Source of the DNA: Rhabdothermincola salaria
GTDB taxonomy: Bacteria > Actinomycetota > Acidimicrobiia > Acidimicrobiales > Acidimicrobilacustridaceae
Assembly (NCBI RefSeq): GCF_021246445.1
Contig: NZ_JAJQXW010000002.1
Location: forward strand, 434,001 to 498,000
Direction: 5' to 3'
DNA length: 64,000 bases
Below, piece after piece: positions 1-13,366 of the stretch. The notes beneath the pieces are model-generated. The model searched no databases. It saw only the letters and a list, made by a program, of their open reading frames with translations, and had not been told where the DNA came from. How positions within the stretch are numbered: the first letter of the stretch is position 1; each line of letters starts with the position of its first letter. The position numbers were made by a program, and so were the translations under genes.

Positions 1-699
1 AGCGGTGAGGCGGTCGCGGCGCGTGGCCGCCATGCGGGCGGTGACGCGCTGCACACCGGGGAAGGCCGGCACGATCACGAGGGCGTCGGGCAGCGCGCCG
101 CGGTAGCAGTCCTCGGCTCCGACGGGATCGGGGAACCAGCTGAGCTCTCGTCCGGACCCGCCGGGGCGCTGCACCCAACCGCCGTCGCGCCAGTCGAGGG
201 CCATGCGACCGAGGGCTCGGTGGTGCTGGCGGGCGCAGGCCGGACCTCCCGTGCCGACCTTGGCCACGTGCACCTCGGTGAGGGTGTCGAAGCGCCCGGC
301 ACCGTGCGCGGCCAGCACGCAGGTGAGCCCCGGCGCGAAGCCGGCGCCGACGACCACGGTCCGGCCCCGCTCCCTGGCCTCGGCATCGAGGGCGAGCAAC
401 GCCCGCACGTCGTCGATGTCGTCGCTGGTGGAGACGACCGAGTGGCCCTGGCGCAGGAACCGGGCGGCGTGGTCGGCGTGCACCCCTCCGGGACCGGCCA
501 GCACGACCACGTCGGCATCGAAGGGAGCATCGACCTCGGCGTCGTCGTGCTCGGCGCCATCGCCGAGGCTGTCGACGACGGCGCGGGCCCGGGCGGCATC
601 GGGATCGCGCACCGCGACCGAGTCGACGCCGGTCGTGAGCAGTTGGCGGGCGAGTCGGGCCCCCACGGCACCGGCGCCCACGATGCCGACGCGAGCCAT
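1..699 (-). CDS. NAD(P)-dependent oxidoreductase, saccharopine dehydrogenase/Gfo-Idh-MocA-like Rossmann fold (partial, runs off window start; not in ORF track)
   Basis: Manual translation from ATG 699 gives MARVGIVGAGAVGARLARQLL (GxGxxG) ... DADVVVLAGP ... VVGAGFAPGL. Open to position 1 with strong GC3 bias. Confidence 0.8.
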   Translation of the reverse strand, partial: MARVGIVGAGAVGARLARQLLTTGVDSVAVRDPDAARARAVVDSLGDGAEHDDAEVDAPFDADVVVLAGPGGVHADHAARFLRQGHSVVSTSDDIDDVRALLALDAEARERGRTVVVGAGFAPGLTCVLAAHGAGRFDTLTEVHVAKVGTGGPACARQHHRALGRMALDWRDGGWVQRPGGSGRELSWFPDPVGAEDCYRGALPDALVIVPAFPGVQRVTARMAATRRDRLTA

Positions 700-700
700 G

Positions 701-832
701 TCAGCTCAGCTCGGGACCGGACAGCTCACGCCATCCGCCCGACTGCGGCGGCGTGCCGCCGGTGCCGCGCAAGCGCAGCACCGAGGCCACGAGGGTGGCG
801 AAACCGAGGGCCATGATGGCCCGGCGGAGCAT
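701..832 (-). CDS. small 43-aa putative membrane protein (not in ORF track)
   Basis: MLRRAIMALGFATLVASVLRLRGTGGTPPQSGGWRELSGPELS has a hydrophobic N-terminal helix and GC3-rich codons. Its TGA lies 1 nt before the next ATG. Alternative in-frame GTG at 838. Confidence 0.6.
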   Translation of the reverse strand: MLRRAIMALGFATLVASVLRLRGTGGTPPQSGGWRELSGPELS

Positions 833-839
833 CTTCACG

Positions 840-913
<74 letters not shown>

Positions 914-1013
914 GTGGGGCAGCGGGTCACGATAACGGATCGCCCGGGACGGGGCCAACGCCGCCCGGAGGCCACCGGTCCCGGCTGGTGGGCCAGACCC
1001 CTGACGCGTCGAC

Positions 1014-1616
1014 TCAGCGACGCCCGGAACGGCGCCCCCCGGCGCGACGCGCCGTCTCGAGCTCGATGACGCTGACCCGCAACCCGCCGGTGAGCCCGGC
1101 GATGAGGTTGAACAGCACGCTGAACACCACGGCGAAGACCATGCCCGTCACCACCAGGACGAGCGCACCGATGGCCGAGGCCCGGAAGATCTGCATGCCG
1201 TCGACCACCCATCCAGGCTCGGCGAGGATCTCGGCCATGAAGTTCTCGAACTTGGAGATGGTGCCGGTGGACACGGCCACCCGCCACAGCACGACGCCGG
1301 CCACGACCAGGATCAGCCAGGTGGAGAACGCGAACAGCAGCGACACCTTGAGCACCGACCAGGGCTCGACCCGGGTGACGATGCGGTGGACCTGGCGGGC
1401 CTCGTAGCGCACCGGGCCGCCGTCAGTCGCCCTGGCGACCGGGGCAGTGGTCGGAGGCCGAGAAGGAGGAGCCTGAGGATATGGGGGTGGAGGAGCGCTG
1501 GCCCGCACCACCGGGGCGCTGATGGTGGGCTCGCCCTGGTCGCCGTCCCCGTCGTCGGCGTCGGTCTGATCGTCCCCTCGCAGGGGCGCGGCGCCAGTGC
1601 GGGGGTCGATCGCCAT
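1014..1616 (-). CDS. DUF3566 family membrane protein
   Basis: RVEPWSVLKVSLLF and LFNLIAGLTGGLRV motifs. Conserved location between gyrA and tRNA-Ile in Actinobacteria. TACACT -10-like hexamer 7 nt before ATG 1616. Confidence 0.85.
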   Translation of the reverse strand: MAIDPRTGAAPLRGDDQTDADDGDGDQGEPTISAPVVRASAPPPPYPQAPPSRPPTTAPVARATDGGPVRYEARQVHRIVTRVEPWSVLKVSLLFAFSTWLILVVAGVVLWRVAVSTGTISKFENFMAEILAEPGWVVDGMQIFRASAIGALVLVVTGMVFAVVFSVLFNLIAGLTGGLRVSVIELETARRAGGRRSGRR

Positions 1617-1690
1617 CGCAGGAAGTGTAGGCACGCTCCGGCCCCTACCCAGGTCATGGCGGGCGTGTGCACGGGCATTTGGCCGTCGTG

Positions 1691-2068
1691 TCAGGGCCTC
1701 TCCGGGGCGAACGGTTCGAGGCGGGCGCGCGCCACCGCCTCGGCGTCACCGACCCTGACCGTGACCTCGACCTCGTCGCCGTAGCTCTCGAACGCCATGA
1801 CCCGGCCCCCGTTGGCCGCCGCCAGGCGATCGGCCGCGGCGCGCCCCTCGACAGCGCCGGCCAGGGCGGCGGCGTCGGCGGCCGAATGGGCCCGGGCCCG
1901 ATCCGTCACCACGCCCGCCAGGCGCACCGCGCCGAACCCCAGCACCATCACCAAGGCCAGCGCGCCGGCGACCACCGGCACCGCCTGGCCTCGGTCGCCC
2001 CGGAAGCGTCGGGCCCGGCTCGGCACCTGCCCGGCTCGGGCGCACTCGCGTCCACCTCGTCGGTCCAT
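1691..2068 (-). CDS. Tad pseudopilin-like (TadE/TadG-related, Rv3654c-like) protein
   Basis: Prepilin-like GDRGQA followed by a hydrophobic helix and ARAHSAADAAALAGA. GAGGAGG SD 7 nt before ATG. Confidence 0.7.
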   Translation of the reverse strand: MDRRGGRECARAGQVPSRARRFRGDRGQAVPVVAGALALVMVLGFGAVRLAGVVTDRARAHSAADAAALAGAVEGRAAADRLAAANGGRVMAFESYGDEVEVTVRVGDAEAVARARLEPFAPERP

Positions 2069-2171
2069 GTGGGATCCTCCTCATCGGCGACCGACCATCG
2101 GTGGTCGGTGCTCGTCGATGGCCAGCCGCAGCTCGCGAGGAGGCCGTCGGGGACGGCGAGGGTGGGTGCGG

Positions 2172-4640
<2,469 letters not shown>

Positions 4641-4681
4641 GGGTGGTGGGGTTCCTCGTGGGTGGTGCCGGGTCGCTCGCC

Positions 4682-6922
<2,241 letters not shown>

Positions 6923-7246
6923 TCAGATGGGCCGCACCCGGACCTCGATCGAGGTCACCGGCGCCCCGTCGAGGCCGGCCAGCCGCTCGAGGAGGGTGGC
7001 CTCGAGGAAGCGGAGCTGGGTGGCCCAGGCCGGGTCGGTGACCCCGATCACCAGGGTGCCCCCACGCAGGCTCAACGGCCGGGTGTGCCCGCTGAGCCGA
7101 GGGCCCACCAGCTCGTCCCACCGCTGGTAGAGCGCGCCGAGGGCATCCACGGACGGCCCGCCGAGGTGGCGCACGACCCGATCGAGGGCACCGCCCATGG
7201 GCGCGGGCTCCTCGGCGGCGGAACCGGGAAGGGGCGACCAGGGCAC
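6923..7246 (-). CDS. dciA: DUF721 / DciA helicase-loader family protein
   Basis: WDELVG...HTRP...GTLVIGVTDPAWATQLRFL motif, between recF and gyrB. GTG 7246 is preceded by TACAGT (leaderless-type). Confidence 0.85.
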   Translation of the reverse strand: MPWSPLPGSAAEEPAPMGGALDRVVRHLGGPSVDALGALYQRWDELVGPRLSGHTRPLSLRGGTLVIGVTDPAWATQLRFLEATLLERLAGLDGAPVTSIEVRVRPI

Positions 7247-7277
7247 GAGGCTGACTGTACCCATGCGGTGCGACCGC

Positions 7278-8360
7278 TCAGATCTCCCTGGTCACCTGGC
7301 CACCGGCGACGCGGAAGACCACGTCGGGCCGAGCGCCGGGGGGAAGACCGGCGGCGCTGGTCAGCAGCGTCTGGCCTTCGGGCAGGTGGGTCAGCAGCGC
7401 ACCCGAACGGTCGGGATCGAGCTCGGAGAACACGTCGTCGAGCAACAGCACCGGTGGTGTCCCGGTCGCGGTGGTCACCGCCTCGTGGGCGGCCAGGCGC
7501 AGGGCCAGGGCCAGGGAACGCTGCTCTCCCTGGGACGCATGGGTGCGCGACGGCAGACCTCCGATGCGCAGGTCCACGTCGTCGCGGTGGGGTCCCACCA
7601 GGCTCACGCCCCGACGGACCTCGTCGCGGCGAACCCGCGCCAGCGCCGCCTCGAGGCCCTCGGCCCGCCACGGCGCCACGTAGTCGACGGTGACCTCGGC
7701 CGGTCGGCCGGCCACGCGGTCGTAGGCCCGGGCCAGGAACGGGCGCAGCTCTTCCACGAGGTCCTCGCGTGCCGACGCCAGCGCCTCGCCCGATTCGATG
7801 AGCTTGGTGTCCCACACCGCCAGGGTCAGCTCGACCTCCTCGGTGATGCGACCCCCGGCCTGGCGCAACAGCGCGTTGCGTTGACGCAGCACCTTGTCGA
7901 GATCGGTGCGCAGGACGTCGAGCCCGGGCCGGCGGGCAACCAGGGCGTCGTCGAGGTAGCGCCGTCGCCCGGCGGGACCGCCCTTGACCAGGTCGAGGTC
8001 GTCGGGAGCGAAGACGCTCACCCTCAGCGCCCCCAGCAGGTCACGTCCCCGGGTGAGGCGCTGGCGGTTGACCATCACCCGTCCCCGTCCCGAGGGCGTG
8101 ATCTCGGCCTCGATGAGCAGGGAACGACCCTCGCGCTCGCCCTCGGCTCGCACGATCGCCGTGGCGGCGCCGCTGGCGACCATCGCCTCGTTGGGAGCAC
8201 CCCGGAACGACGAGAGCGTGGCCAGGTAGCCCACGGCCTCCAACAGGTTGGTCTTGCCCTCGCCGTTGGCGCCGAGCAGCACCGTGAGGCCGGTCCCGAG
8301 CTCCAGTTCGGCGCTGGGGTAGGACCGGAAGTCGGTCAGCCAGAGGGACCGCAGCAGCAC
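7278..8360 (-). CDS. recF: DNA replication and repair protein RecF
   Basis: GANGEGKTN Walker A, GPHRDD, ASQGEQR, LLLDDVFSELD. Confidence 0.97.
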   Translation of the reverse strand: MLLRSLWLTDFRSYPSAELELGTGLTVLLGANGEGKTNLLEAVGYLATLSSFRGAPNEAMVASGAATAIVRAEGEREGRSLLIEAEITPSGRGRVMVNRQRLTRGRDLLGALRVSVFAPDDLDLVKGGPAGRRRYLDDALVARRPGLDVLRTDLDKVLRQRNALLRQAGGRITEEVELTLAVWDTKLIESGEALASAREDLVEELRPFLARAYDRVAGRPAEVTVDYVAPWRAEGLEAALARVRRDEVRRGVSLVGPHRDDVDLRIGGLPSRTHASQGEQRSLALALRLAAHEAVTTATGTPPVLLLDDVFSELDPDRSGALLTHLPEGQTLLTSAAGLPPGARPDVVFRVAGGQVTREI

Positions 8361-8376
8361 CGGGCGAGCCGGCGGT

Positions 8377-9471
8377 CTAGGAGACCCGAACGGGCATCAA
8401 CAGGTACAGGAAGTCCGGGCTGTCGACGGCCTTCACGAGCGCCGGCTTGAGCGCGTCGATGGTCTCCAGGGTGATCTCGTCACCGGGCGTGACCTCTATT
8501 CCGGCGATGAGGTATTCCGGGTTGAAGGCGACGGTGAGCTCGTTGCCGCTGTACTTGGCGTCGAGCTCCTCCCGGGCCTGGCCCACGTCCTGGGTGATGG
8601 CCAACAGCTCGAGGGTGTCGGCGGACATGACGAGACGGACCGGGGTGGCCTCGCGAGCGAGCAGCCGCACGCGACGCAGGGCCTCCAACAGGGCGTCGCG
8701 CCCGACGCGGAGCTGGTTGGGCTGGCTGCTCGGAATCAGGCCCCGGTAGTTGGGGAAGTCGCCCTCGATCAACCGGCTGGTCACCCGCACGTCGCCGACC
8801 TCGAACGCCACGTCGCGCTCGCCCAGGCGCAGGGTGACGGTCTCGGCGCTGCCCAGGAGGCGGGAGAGCTCCTTGAGGGCGGTCGAGGGCACCAGGACCT
8901 GCTGGCCCTCGTCGAGCACCGACGTGCCGGGCAGGTCGCGCACGGCCAGCCGGTAGCTGTCGGTGGCCACGAGACGCAGCCCGTCGCCCTCGGCGGCGAG
9001 CAGGACGCCCGTGAGGATGGGCCGCGACTCGTCGTTGCTGGCGGCCGAGACCACCTGTCGGAGGGCATCGGCGAAACCGGCGGCGTCGAGGTCGACGGAG
9101 CGCTCGGCGGGCTCGGGGAGCTGGGGGAACTCCTGGGCGGGGATGGTGCGCACCGCGAACTGCGAGCGCCCCGAGCTGATGCGGGCCTCCTCGTCGGTGA
9201 CCTCGACGGTGACCGCCCCGGGCGGAAGGGCCCGGCTGATGTCGCCCAACAGCTTGGACGGCACCACGGCGACACCGTCGGTCTCGCCGCTCACGGCGGC
9301 ACGGACCGAGATGGTCAGGTCGAGGTCGCTGCCGGTGACCGACAGCTGGTCGCCCTTGACCTCGAGGCGCAACCCGGAGAGCACGGGCAGCGAGCTGCCC
9401 CGGCTGGTGACGGCCCGCCCGGCGGCGTTCAGGGCGTCGACCAGGGGATCACGTTCGCATCGGAACTTCAC
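8377..9471 (-). CDS. dnaN: DNA polymerase III beta sliding clamp
   Basis: MKFRCERD, GSDLDL, ATDSYRL, EGDFPNY, AFNPEYL, YLLMPVR. Confidence 0.97.
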   Translation of the reverse strand: MKFRCERDPLVDALNAAGRAVTSRGSSLPVLSGLRLEVKGDQLSVTGSDLDLTISVRAAVSGETDGVAVVPSKLLGDISRALPPGAVTVEVTDEEARISSGRSQFAVRTIPAQEFPQLPEPAERSVDLDAAGFADALRQVVSAASNDESRPILTGVLLAAEGDGLRLVATDSYRLAVRDLPGTSVLDEGQQVLVPSTALKELSRLLGSAETVTLRLGERDVAFEVGDVRVTSRLIEGDFPNYRGLIPSSQPNQLRVGRDALLEALRRVRLLAREATPVRLVMSADTLELLAITQDVGQAREELDAKYSGNELTVAFNPEYLIAGIEVTPGDEITLETIDALKPALVKAVDSPDFLYLLMPVRVS

Positions 9472-9730
9472 ACCAGCTCGCTTTCTCGTACCTCTACTGA
9501 AGAAGTGTGATCTCTAGGTAGTAGTCGTAGTAGGGCCTGTGGATCGTGGACAACCTGGTGTTCTCCCTGGTCAGGGACCATGTGGTCGTCCTCGCGATGT
9601 CCACAGCTGCGCACAGGCTCGCGCACCGTGCGCCGACCCCGGGGGATGAACCCCTCGTCGTCCACCGATCGTCCACCGGCCGGCGCGGCCTCGTCCACCG
9701 AGATGTCCACGGATCCGTGCACAGGCGGGG
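9472..9730. other. chromosomal replication origin oriC (dnaA-dnaN intergenic) with DnaA boxes, GC motif and DnaA-trios
   Basis: DnaA-box-like 9-mers at 9538-9546, 9545-9553 and 9597-9605, plus several (T/A)(C/T)GTCCAC at 9658-9711. Minus strand reads ATCCACAGGCCCTACTACGACTACTA, followed by an AT-richer stretch at 9481-9514. Confidence 0.9.
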
Positions 9731-11161
9731 TCATCCGTTCTTGATCCGTTGGATGAGCTCGGTGACCTGGTCGTAGATCTGGCGCTTCTCCTTCATGAGA
9801 CCGCCGATCTTCTCCACGGCATGGATGACGGTGGTGTGGTCCCGGCCACCGAACTCCCGGGCGATGGCCGGGTACGACAGGTCGGTGAGCTCACGGAACA
9901 CGTACATGCTGATCTGGCGAGCCGTGACGAGCGGGCGGCGCCGGCTCTTGCCCTGGATCTCCTCGATCGGGAACCCGAACATCTCCGAGGTGCGCTCGAG
10001 GATGAGTTCCGGGGTGATGGCCCGGGGTTGGGTGTCCGAGAGGATGTCGTCGAGGACCTCTTGGACCATCGGGACGCTGAGCTGTTGGCGGGTGAGGCTG
10101 GCATAGGCGCACACCCGGATGAGGGCGCCCTCGAGCTCGCGGATGTTGTTGGTGATGTGGGTGGCGATGAACTCGAGCACCTCGGGCGGGGGTTCCACCG
10201 GCTCGCGCTCGGCCTTCTTGCGCAGGATGGCGAGGCGGGTCTCGAGCTCGGGGGGGTTGATCTCGGTGATGAGGCCCATCTTGAAGCGGCTGCGGAGACG
10301 GTCCTCGAGGGTCGAGATGGCATCCGGGGGCCGATCGGAGGACAGCACGATCTGGCGGTCGGCCTGGTGGAGCGACTCGAAGGTGTGGAAGAGCTCCTCT
10401 TGGAGGTTCTCCTTGCCCTCGATGAGCTGGATGTCGTCGAGGAGCAGCACGTCGACGGCTCGGTAGTGCTCCTTGAAGGTGGCCATGCGGCCCCGGCCGA
10501 GGCGCATGGCGTCGACGAACTGGTTGAGGAACTGCTCGGTGGAGACGTAGCGGACCCGGTAGCTCGGGTAGTTCACCGAGACGTAGTTGGCGATGGCCTG
10601 CAGGAGGTGGGTCTTGCCCAGTCCCGGGTCGCCGTAGATGAACAGCGGGTTGTACGACCGCGCCGGGGTCTCGGCCACGCTGAGCGCGGCTGCGTGGGCG
10701 AAGCGGTTGGAGGTGCCGGTGACGAAGGCCTCGAAGGTGTAGCGGTCGTTGACGGGCTGGCCCGGGAGCCCGGTCTTGGCCGGTTCGACGGCCGATTCGT
10801 GCTGCTGCGGTGGCGCCGGGTGGCGCAGCGGGGCATCGTCGGCTTCGAAGAGCTCGAGGTCCTCGCCGGCATCGCCCGGGCCCTCGTCGTGGCCCACCGG
10901 GGCGGCGTCGGTGACCACCTGGACGGCGAGGCGCACCTCGGGGCGGCCGATGTCGGCCAGCGCTCCCTCGACCAGGGTCAGGTAGCGGTGCTCGACGCGG
11001 TCCTTGACGACCGAGCTGGGCACGGCCAACAACAGGCGGTCCTCGGCCAGGCCGATCGGGACGGCGGCGGAGAAGGTGGTGTGCCAGACCGCCTCGGAGA
11101 CCTGCGTCCGCAGGACCTCGGCACATGCTGTCCACAGCGATTCGGCCTGGTCCACCTGCAC
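9731..11161 (-). CDS. dnaA: chromosomal replication initiator DnaA
   Basis: YNPLFIYGDPGLGKTHLL, LLLDDIQ, NIRELEGAL, GGRDHTTV. GTG 11161 has GAGGG 5 nt upstream. Confidence 0.98.
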   Translation of the reverse strand: MQVDQAESLWTACAEVLRTQVSEAVWHTTFSAAVPIGLAEDRLLLAVPSSVVKDRVEHRYLTLVEGALADIGRPEVRLAVQVVTDAAPVGHDEGPGDAGEDLELFEADDAPLRHPAPPQQHESAVEPAKTGLPGQPVNDRYTFEAFVTGTSNRFAHAAALSVAETPARSYNPLFIYGDPGLGKTHLLQAIANYVSVNYPSYRVRYVSTEQFLNQFVDAMRLGRGRMATFKEHYRAVDVLLLDDIQLIEGKENLQEELFHTFESLHQADRQIVLSSDRPPDAISTLEDRLRSRFKMGLITEINPPELETRLAILRKKAEREPVEPPPEVLEFIATHITNNIRELEGALIRVCAYASLTRQQLSVPMVQEVLDDILSDTQPRAITPELILERTSEMFGFPIEEIQGKSRRRPLVTARQISMYVFRELTDLSYPAIAREFGGRDHTTVIHAVEKIGGLMKEKRQIYDQVTELIQRIKNG

Positions 11162-11184
11162 AAACGCCCTCGATCGACGATCTC

Positions 11185-11216
11185 TGGTCCACAGCCACGT
11201 CCACATGTGTGGAAAA
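11185..11216. promoter_or_regulatory. DnaA boxes in dnaA promoter (autoregulation / split origin part)
   Basis: TGGTCCACA 11185-11193, ACGTCCACA 11197-11205, TGTGGAAAA (rc TTTTCCACA) 11208-11216. Confidence 0.65.
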
Positions 11217-11445
11217 AGGCAGCGCTGCCCGTGGAAACGGGCCGGTCAGGCGGTGGACTCCCGTGTTCTTCCCCCGCAGGCGGTCGTTACCGCCGAACGG
11301 GTGCCGGACCGTAGCACGCTCGCCGATGTTGCCGCACCGGTGGACTTCGCTCTACCGTGACGGCGAGCCAGAGCCGGGCCGCGTCATCGTCGCGGCATTC
11401 GGCGGATGGTCATCATCGTGACAGACCTGGGGCCGGGAGGCTCGC

Positions 11446-11946
11446 ATGGTCGAGGAGGCAGGACGTGAAGCGCACCTTTCAGCCCAACAACCGGCGCCGT
11501 GCCAAGCGGCACGGTTTTCGCCATCGCATGGCGACGCGCGGTGGTCGTGCCGTGGTCCGGGCTCGCCGGCTCAAGGGCCGTTCGCGCCTGTCGGCCTGAT
11601 CTGGCGCATCCGTGACCGGCGAACGTTCCTCGAGCTCCGCCGGTCGGGGACGCGCGCCCGTCGTGGACCCGTCGCGGTGATCCATCTCCCGGACGATCCC
11701 GAGGCGCCTGCCCAGCACCCCCGAGTGGCGTTCGCCGTGCCCCGCAAGGTTGGCAACGCCGTCGTGCGCAACCGCATCCGCCGCTGCGTCAAGGGCCGGC
11801 TGCTCCAGCGGGTCCGTGATCCCCGCCGCGGCGTCGCTCCCGGTGCCTACCTCGTGACGGTGCGCCCCGAGGCCGCCGGGCTGGGCGGCCCCGAGATCGC
11901 CGATCTGGTCGAAGGCTGCCTCGATCGGTTGGACCGACGCCGATGA
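11446..11946 (+). CDS. rnpA: ribonuclease P protein component (start uncertain: ATG 11446 overlapping all of rpmH, or CTG 11596)
   Basis: [24 protein letters not shown] motif, between rpmH and yidD. No ATG/GTG/TTG start at the beginning of the conserved core. Confidence 0.9.
   Translation: MVEEAGREAHLSAQQPAPCQAARFSPSHGDARWSCRGPGSPAQGPFAPVGLIWRIRDRRTFLELRRSGTRARRGPVAVIHLPDDPEAPAQHPRVAFAVPRKVGNAVVRNRIRRCVKGRLLQRVRDPRRGVAPGAYLVTVRPEAAGLGGPEIADLVEGCLDRLDRRR
11465..11599 (+). CDS. rpmH: 50S ribosomal protein L34
   Basis: [53 protein letters not shown] 6 nt before GTG. Confidence 0.97.
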   Translation: MKRTFQPNNRRRAKRHGFRHRMATRGGRAVVRARRLKGRSRLSA

Positions 11947-12206
11947 CCGCGATCGCCGACACCGCCGGGCCTCGGGCCTCTTTGGCGGCCCGGGCTGCGC
12001 AGGCCCCGGTCCGCGCCTACCAGTGGGCCTTCGCGTGGCGGATCTCGCCCTGCCGCTATGTGCCCAGCTGCTCCACCTACGCTCTCGAAGCCCTCGAGGT
12101 GCACGGCGTCGTCCGGGGCACCTGGCTGTCGGTGCGCCGTCTGGGTCGCTGCCACCCGTGGGGTGGCCACGGACACGACCCCGTTCCTCCTCGGAAGGTC
12201 TCGTAA
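11943..12206 (+). CDS. yidD: membrane protein insertion efficiency factor YidD
   Basis: [17 protein letters not shown]...[19 protein letters not shown]. Confidence 0.95.
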   Translation: MTAIADTAGPRASLAARAAQAPVRAYQWAFAWRISPCRYVPSCSTYALEALEVHGVVRGTWLSVRRLGRCHPWGGHGHDPVPPRKVS

Positions 12207-12209
12207 GTC

Positions 12210-13361
12210 ATGCAGGTGTTCTTCGACGCCCTCGCCGCTGTGCTGGCGTTCTTCTACGACCTGGTGCCGAACTACGCGTTCGCCATCATCATGCTCACCC
12301 TCGTCGTGATGGTCGTGGTGACGCCGCTGACCCTCAAGGGCACGCGCTCCATGATGATGATGCAGCAGCTCCAGCCCGAGATGCGCAAGATCCAGACGCG
12401 CTACAAGGACGATCGCCAGAAGCTCAACGAAGAGCTGCTCAAGTTCTACAAGGAGAACAACATCAACCCCCTCGGGGGCTGTCTGCCGCTGTTGGTGCAG
12501 ATGCCGGTGTTTCTCGTCCTCTACCAGGTGCTGCGCGGTCTCACCCGTCGGGTGACCGACATGGGCTTCGACGTCGGCTGGGCCTCCAACCTGTTCGCTG
12601 CGGGCGATCCGATCACCGAGGCACCTGCGATCGAACGAGCGTTCGATCCATCGTATGTCAACGAGAGCTCGTCGCTCTACCAGAGCCTCGCCGGCTCCAC
12701 CGAGATGGACGCCTTCGGGATGGATCTCAGCCAGAGTGCCAGCCAGGCGCTCGGTGAAGGGATCCTGACCGCCCTGCCCTTCCTCATCCTGATCGCCATC
12801 GTCGGCGCCACCGGCTTCATCCAGCAGCGCCAGATCCAGGGCCGCAACCCTGGAGCGTCGATCAACCCCCAGCAGCAGATGATCATGAAGATCATGCCGA
12901 TCTTCCTGCCGGTGATCTCCTTCGGCCTCCCTGCCGGCCTGGTGGTCTACTTCGCGGTGTCCAACCTCTACCGGATCGGTCAGCAGGCCTTCATCTCCCG
13001 CAGCATCTACGGGATGAAGAAGGGCCAACCCTCGGTGCTCGCCGGCAAGGGTGGCGACGACGACGCGGCGCCCCAGCAGTCCTTCCGCGAGATGTTCGGC
13101 CTGGCCAAGAAGAACGCCGAGACCACCGCCAAGGCCAAGGCGGCCAAGCCCACTCCTGCCAAGAGCGGCGCCCGGAGCAAGTCCGCGGCGAAGACCGGCG
13201 GATCCGCCAAGGGCGGCACCGCCACCAAGACCAGCGCCAAGAGCGGCGCCAAGAGCGGCGCAAAACGTCCATCCAAGTCGAGCAGCGGCAAGAGCGCGGC
13301 GGGGAACACACCACCCCCGACCCTGCAGCCCCGTGCTCGCAAGAACCAGAAGAAGAGGTAA
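12210..13361 (+). CDS. yidC: membrane protein insertase YidC with long Lys/Ala/Ser-rich C-terminal tail
   Basis: MQQLQPEMRKIQ, NPLGGCLPLLVQMPVF, PAGLVVYFAVSNLY..GQQ. Confidence 0.95.
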   Translation: MQVFFDALAAVLAFFYDLVPNYAFAIIMLTLVVMVVVTPLTLKGTRSMMMMQQLQPEMRKIQTRYKDDRQKLNEELLKFYKENNINPLGGCLPLLVQMPVFLVLYQVLRGLTRRVTDMGFDVGWASNLFAAGDPITEAPAIERAFDPSYVNESSSLYQSLAGSTEMDAFGMDLSQSASQALGEGILTALPFLILIAIVGATGFIQQRQIQGRNPGASINPQQQMIMKIMPIFLPVISFGLPAGLVVYFAVSNLYRIGQQAFISRSIYGMKKGQPSVLAGKGGDDDAAPQQSFREMFGLAKKNAETTAKAKAAKPTPAKSGARSKSAAKTGGSAKGGTATKTSAKSGAKSGAKRPSKSSSGKSAAGNTPPPTLQPRARKNQKKR

Positions 13362-13366
13362 CGCAC

